From NCBI GenBank assembly GCA_963807605.1, contig CAWECG010000004.1, positions 1 through 64,000 of the forward strand: a stretch of 64,000 nt of DNA. Direction: 5' to 3'. Below the pieces are notes generated by a model. It did not search any database, was not told where the DNA came from, and worked only from the letters and a program-made list of their open reading frames with translations. The stretch comes from Candidatus Bathyarchaeota archaeon. Its GTDB lineage: Archaea > Thermoproteota > Bathyarchaeia > 40CM-2-53-6 > RBG-13-38-9. The translations under genes were made by a program, and so were the position numbers. Below, piece by piece: positions 60,279-64,000 of this stretch (positions are counted from its first letter, which is position 1; every line of letters starts with the position of its first letter).

Positions 60279-60820
60279 AGAGACACATAATCTCAGATGC
60301 TCTCCGAAGTCTAGTAAACCCATCTACAACAAAATATCCCAAGAAATCTTACACCCCTCCAGATGGCTACAGGGGCGCGGCTGAGTATGATTCGGAAAAA
60401 TGTGTGGGTTGCGCAGCCTGCTCCCAAGAGTGCCCACCTGAGGCCATCACATATAGTGATGGAGAAAAGACACGCAACATCAAGCTAAGCTATGGCCTCT
60501 GTTCATTTTGCGGTCGTTGTGAGGAGATCTGTCCATGGGACGCAGTCCACCTTACAAAGAAATTTGAACTAGCAGTCTTCAACCGAAAAGAGGCTGAAAC
60601 AGGGGTCGAGGTACCTTTCTTTGAGTGCACTGAATGCGGAAGGCCCTTCTTTCCTTCCCCGCAAATGAAAGCCTCGATCGAGAAAGTTAGAGAGACTCTA
60701 GAAAAGTATAAGATTAGAAAGGACGAGCTGGCCGGCCTAATCTCCATCTGTCCAACTTGCTCATTTGCTGTTGACAAAATGCCTGAGAGGCGAATGTTTC
60801 TGAGGAGACTTGTGGGGTGA
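60275..60820 (+). CDS. NuoI/HyfH-like ferredoxin subunit
   Basis: TTKYP, CVGCAACSQECP, CSFCGRCEEICP, additional CTEC/CPTC. Confidence 0.92.
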   Translation: MKRHIISDALRSLVNPSTTKYPKKSYTPPDGYRGAAEYDSEKCVGCAACSQECPPEAITYSDGEKTRNIKLSYGLCSFCGRCEEICPWDAVHLTKKFELAVFNRKEAETGVEVPFFECTECGRPFFPSPQMKASIEKVRETLEKYKIRKDELAGLISICPTCSFAVDKMPERRMFLRRLVG

Positions 60821-60824
60821 CTTG

Positions 60825-61505
60825 ATGACGGAGGGTCTGCGATCATTTGCTAGAAGAAAATCCCCCTGGGTTATGCATGTCCCATGCGGAGGATGCAATG
60901 GGTGCGACATAGAGATTGTTGCCTCACTCACACCAAAATATGATGTTGAGAGATTCGGAGTACTTCAGAAAGGCAGTCCACGACACGCCGACGTGCTACT
61001 CGTCACAGGTATAGTAACTGCCCAAGTGAAAGATAGGCTTAAGAGACTATATGATTTGACGCCAGGTCCCAAGCATGTTGTGGCGTTTGGCTCCTGCGCC
61101 TTAGATGGAGATATTTTCCGCCCCGGATATGGATTTGCAGGGCCCCTAGACGAGGTCCTACCGGTCAGCATCTACGTCCCAGGATGTCCACCACGACCTG
61201 AAGCCCTGATCGATGGCCTTAGCAAGTTACTAAGGCCGGCGCCTCGCAAAAAGAGAATTGTAACTGAAGTCTTCACCGGCGGAGAAACTGAGAGACCGTC
61301 AGCTGAACCGACGGATATGGGTGTCACGACCAAACGTGGTACCCGGAAGGGCTTCAACGAACAATTAGCCGAATTCATCTTATTCACAGGGCTCACACTT
61401 GCAGCACTAGGATTGTACTACGAAGGCTTCAATATTCTAGTTGTCGCAGCAATATTTCTGATGGGGCCTATTGTGAAGCTGCTGTCGAGTATTTTCAGGA
61501 GATGA
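60825..61505 (+). CDS. NuoB-like hydrogenase small subunit with C-terminal TM extension
   Basis: CGGCNGCDIE, SPRHAD, GSCA, PGCPPRPEA; hydrophobic tail FILFTGLTLAALG...ILVVAAIFLMG. Confidence 0.92.
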   Translation: MTEGLRSFARRKSPWVMHVPCGGCNGCDIEIVASLTPKYDVERFGVLQKGSPRHADVLLVTGIVTAQVKDRLKRLYDLTPGPKHVVAFGSCALDGDIFRPGYGFAGPLDEVLPVSIYVPGCPPRPEALIDGLSKLLRPAPRKKRIVTEVFTGGETERPSAEPTDMGVTTKRGTRKGFNEQLAEFILFTGLTLAALGLYYEGFNILVVAAIFLMGPIVKLLSSIFRR

Positions 61506-61708
61506 GATTCTAAGAGAATCTGCTGCTGCATGCGAACAATCTATCTTGGTCAAATTTATCTGAACCTCGTCGTAGAAAACGCGAACACAAAGTAGTGTGA
61601 CGCCAGACTACAGGTCTTATATTCATCCTGTACAGTTCTGTGTAGCGTATTATCGCTGTGAGCGGAATTTGCCTCGAATATTCGATCTAGGCAAAACGGG
61701 ATGTAACA

Positions 61709-61966
61709 ATGGGACTGTTCAAGAGACGAGATGAAAACGACGTATTCGCAGGAGGGGAAGAGGCGCCTCCTTTAGATAAACGAAGACGTCATATGCGTGC
61801 ACGCGTCTTCATGGCAGTCACGCTCGTTTTGATAACCTTAATCGACTGGTATGTAACCTCCTCCGTGCTATCCAGCAATACTCCATTTACATTTTGGCTT
61901 CTTTCTATTCTGCTGACAATACACATAGGCTGGATCCTGGTAGCCATCGCAATCCTTGCCCCATAA
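61709..61966 (+). CDS. Small 2-TM membrane protein
   Basis: Two hydrophobic segments. Confidence 0.55.
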   Translation: MGLFKRRDENDVFAGGEEAPPLDKRRRHMRARVFMAVTLVLITLIDWYVTSSVLSSNTPFTFWLLSILLTIHIGWILVAIAILAP

Positions 61967-62181
61967 TTCAGGAATGTAGAATGCGATTTGGAAAAACGAC
62001 TATGCACAAGCCAATTACTAGCACGAAACTAGGTACAGCCAAAACATCTGATCATTGATTGGTAATTGAATGCAAACAGCTTTCTGGGAAGTTGTGGCTA
62101 GTCCCATTGCCCTCGGGCTAACGACAAGTCTTTTAGATTGAAGTCAGGAATTAGCGTAGAGATATCCTAGAGCTGAACATA

Positions 62182-62475
62182 ATGGATTGGATTTCTATCT
62201 CTGAGGTTTTTGGAGCATTTTTCGCACTCGCCTCAATTATTCTTTCCCTGTGGATAATGGCCAGAGTGAAGCGTGGGGCCTCCGCATGGATATACCTCGG
62301 CATAACTTCATTTTGCATGTTCTTCGCTATGATTCTAGGTATTGCTGGAATGCTATTCCCCGTCAACCAAGATATCCAGCGTCTTGAACAATACATGTTC
62401 CTCTTGGCTGGTGCCTTGTCATTTGCCATTAGTGGAATCAAGCTCCAAGAGACGTTTACGTACAAGGAGCTTTAG
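62182..62475 (+). CDS. Small 3-TM membrane protein
   Basis: Three hydrophobic segments; RG.SAW.YLG motif. Confidence 0.65.
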   Translation: MDWISISEVFGAFFALASIILSLWIMARVKRGASAWIYLGITSFCMFFAMILGIAGMLFPVNQDIQRLEQYMFLLAGALSFAISGIKLQETFTYKEL

Positions 62476-62486
62476 AGGGAAGTCAC

Positions 62487-62762
62487 TTGAGTCCAATTGA
62501 GCCGCTTATCGACGCCGTGGTAGCTGCATGTTTTCTTTTCGGAGCAGTCTTCTACTTGATGGTAGCTTACGGTGAAAGGCGGGGCATGGCATGGAGATTC
62601 CTAGGAACTGCAGGCGCAATCTGGTTCGTAATACTCTTCCTAAAATTGATCAATAATATGGCCGAGTTTCCTTGGGTTTATGGAACGGTCCGAGCCGCGG
62701 TTGCACTGACTCTGGGAGTCTACCTTCTTGGAATAATCATCTTGGCAAGGAGTTTACAGTAG
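62487..62762 (+). CDS. Small 3-TM membrane protein, apparent paralog of the upstream gene
   Basis: Three hydrophobic segments; RGMAWRFLG motif. Confidence 0.65.
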   Translation: MSPIEPLIDAVVAACFLFGAVFYLMVAYGERRGMAWRFLGTAGAIWFVILFLKLINNMAEFPWVYGTVRAAVALTLGVYLLGIIILARSLQ

Positions 62763-62948
62763 ATCCAGAAGACTGGACTAATCCAACTCATACAGCACAC
62801 CCTTTTAGGTCACGTAAGCTCGCACGCATTAGAGAGCCCTCCCAGAGAACTGGATAGGGTACCTTAGCGCGTGCTCATTCAACATGGAAAACGTTGTACA
62901 AGGTTAAATATGACTTCGATCGGCTAACCAACTTCGAGGCTGTGTTAA

Positions 62949-63160
62949 TTGAGTGAGGGTAAGATTAGTCGTCGCAAGTATCTGAAGTATGGGTTCAACC
63001 CTCTGTTATCTCGCCAAGTATGCGTTGCTCACTGGATTCTCGGATCATTGTCATCAGATCATCTTTGGCATAGCCTTAATAAGTCTCGTACGGTGCTTCC
63101 GTACAGGAATCTTCGGACTCGTGAACAAGCTAGTCAAAAGAGAAAGAAGGTTGGAATAGT
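62949..63160 (+). pseudogene. Deletion scar: Tat signal of a binding protein joined to the LivM permease 3' end
   Basis: MSEGKISRRKYLKY, then in another frame HQIIFGIALISLVRCFRTGIFGLVNKL, directly before livG. Confidence 0.6.
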
Positions 63161-63901
63161 ATGCAGCAAGAGTGCATTCTGCACGTGGACAACGTGGTGA
63201 AAAAATTCGGGGGTTTGTATGCCCTCAGGAAAGTATCCTTTGATGTTGAACAGGGAAAGGTAGTTGGCCTAATCGGTCCAAACGGTTCCGGAAAGACTAC
63301 CCTTTTCAACTGCATATCCGGCATGTATGCTCCGGACGACGGCTCAATTCTTTTTCAGGGAGAGAATATAGTCGGGCTCAAACCTCACAAGATTGCGAGA
63401 AAAGGGATTGGCAGGACTTTCCAAATTGCCCGACCTTTCAGCGACATGACCGTAAGGGACAATGTCTACGTCGGGGCCGCATTTGGATGCACGACAAAAC
63501 ATGAGTCAGGGAAAATGAGTGACGTATGTATTGATGTTTTACGGATGACTAATCTTGAATCCAAGGCAAATGAACTTGCAGACTCGTTAACATTCGGCGA
63601 GAAAAGAAGGCTGGAAATAGCGAGAGCCTTAGCTCTCCGTCCTAAGCTACTCTTGCTCGATGAGACCATGGCGGGTCTTACCTCCACTGAAGTGGATCAT
63701 ACCCTCGAAATGATTCAGCGAATTACAAGGGAACTTGGATTAAGCGTCATGGTTGTCGAACATGTTATGCGAGCCATAATGGCCGTGTCGAACAAGGTCG
63801 TGGTCTTAAGCGAGGGAGAAAAGATAGCTGAAGGAACTCCTAAAGAAGTTGCTGAAGATCCTAAAGTACTAACCGCTTATCTAGGTGAAAGAGGCGACTG
63901 A
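63161..63901 (+). CDS. livG: Branched-chain amino acid ABC ATPase
   Basis: KFGGLYAL, GPNGSGKTT, GIGRTFQ, LDE.MAGL, VEHVM, AYLG. Confidence 0.93.
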   Translation: MQQECILHVDNVVKKFGGLYALRKVSFDVEQGKVVGLIGPNGSGKTTLFNCISGMYAPDDGSILFQGENIVGLKPHKIARKGIGRTFQIARPFSDMTVRDNVYVGAAFGCTTKHESGKMSDVCIDVLRMTNLESKANELADSLTFGEKRRLEIARALALRPKLLLLDETMAGLTSTEVDHTLEMIQRITRELGLSVMVVEHVMRAIMAVSNKVVVLSEGEKIAEGTPKEVAEDPKVLTAYLGERGD

Positions 63902-63904
63902 TCG

Positions 63905-64000
63905 ATGGACGTACTGCAAATTGAGAATTTGACAAGTGGCTACGGAGAAATTGAAGTCTTATGGTCAATCTCCATGAATGTTTCGGGCAAAGGTATAACT
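63905..64000 (+). CDS. livF: Branched-chain amino acid ABC ATPase, partial
   Basis: MDVLQIENLTSGYGEIEVLWSISM; runs off the window. Confidence 0.8.
   Translation, partial: MDVLQIENLTSGYGEIEVLWSISMNVSGKGIT

Overview
This is an archaeal window, most likely TACK/Bathyarchaeia-like. That placement is inferred from a two-intron tRNA, MtrA- and HdrB-like proteins, and PVGG-type C-terminal anchors. Positions ~1-46 kb are a mosaic accessory region: a P-type H+-ATPase, CLC, VIT1, two complete IS elements, a HEPN/DUF4209-like gene, an arsenic island (arsM, hgcC-like, soluble mtrA-like, arsR-acr3, arsC), two sulfite-oxidase-family molybdoenzymes, rubrerythrin, ParB, a two-intron tRNA-Gly(CCC), a CoA-transferase, a G1 protease, a metal ABC transporter and many gene fragments. 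Positions ~46-64 kb look more like core genome (DEAD helicase, FdhD, IscU, TusA, HIT) and contain a group 4 [NiFe]-hydrogenase operon with an embedded hdrB, followed by a partly deleted liv operon. Four signals stand out. (1) About 21 intergenic (CG)4-5 palindromic tracts delimit gene modules, coincide with gene truncation points and were targeted by an IS. (2) A 60-80 bp dispersed repeat (TGGTGAG...TTTGAACC...(TG)n CTCACCAGCTA) occurs in 8 copies that bracket stress and arsenic cassettes. (3) The hydrogenase-HdrB operon has a NuoC-like subunit carrying an HdrC-like tail hidden by a frameshift. (4) An MtrA-like corrinoid protein sits inside the arsenic island. All calls are from motif recognition by eye; no searches were run.
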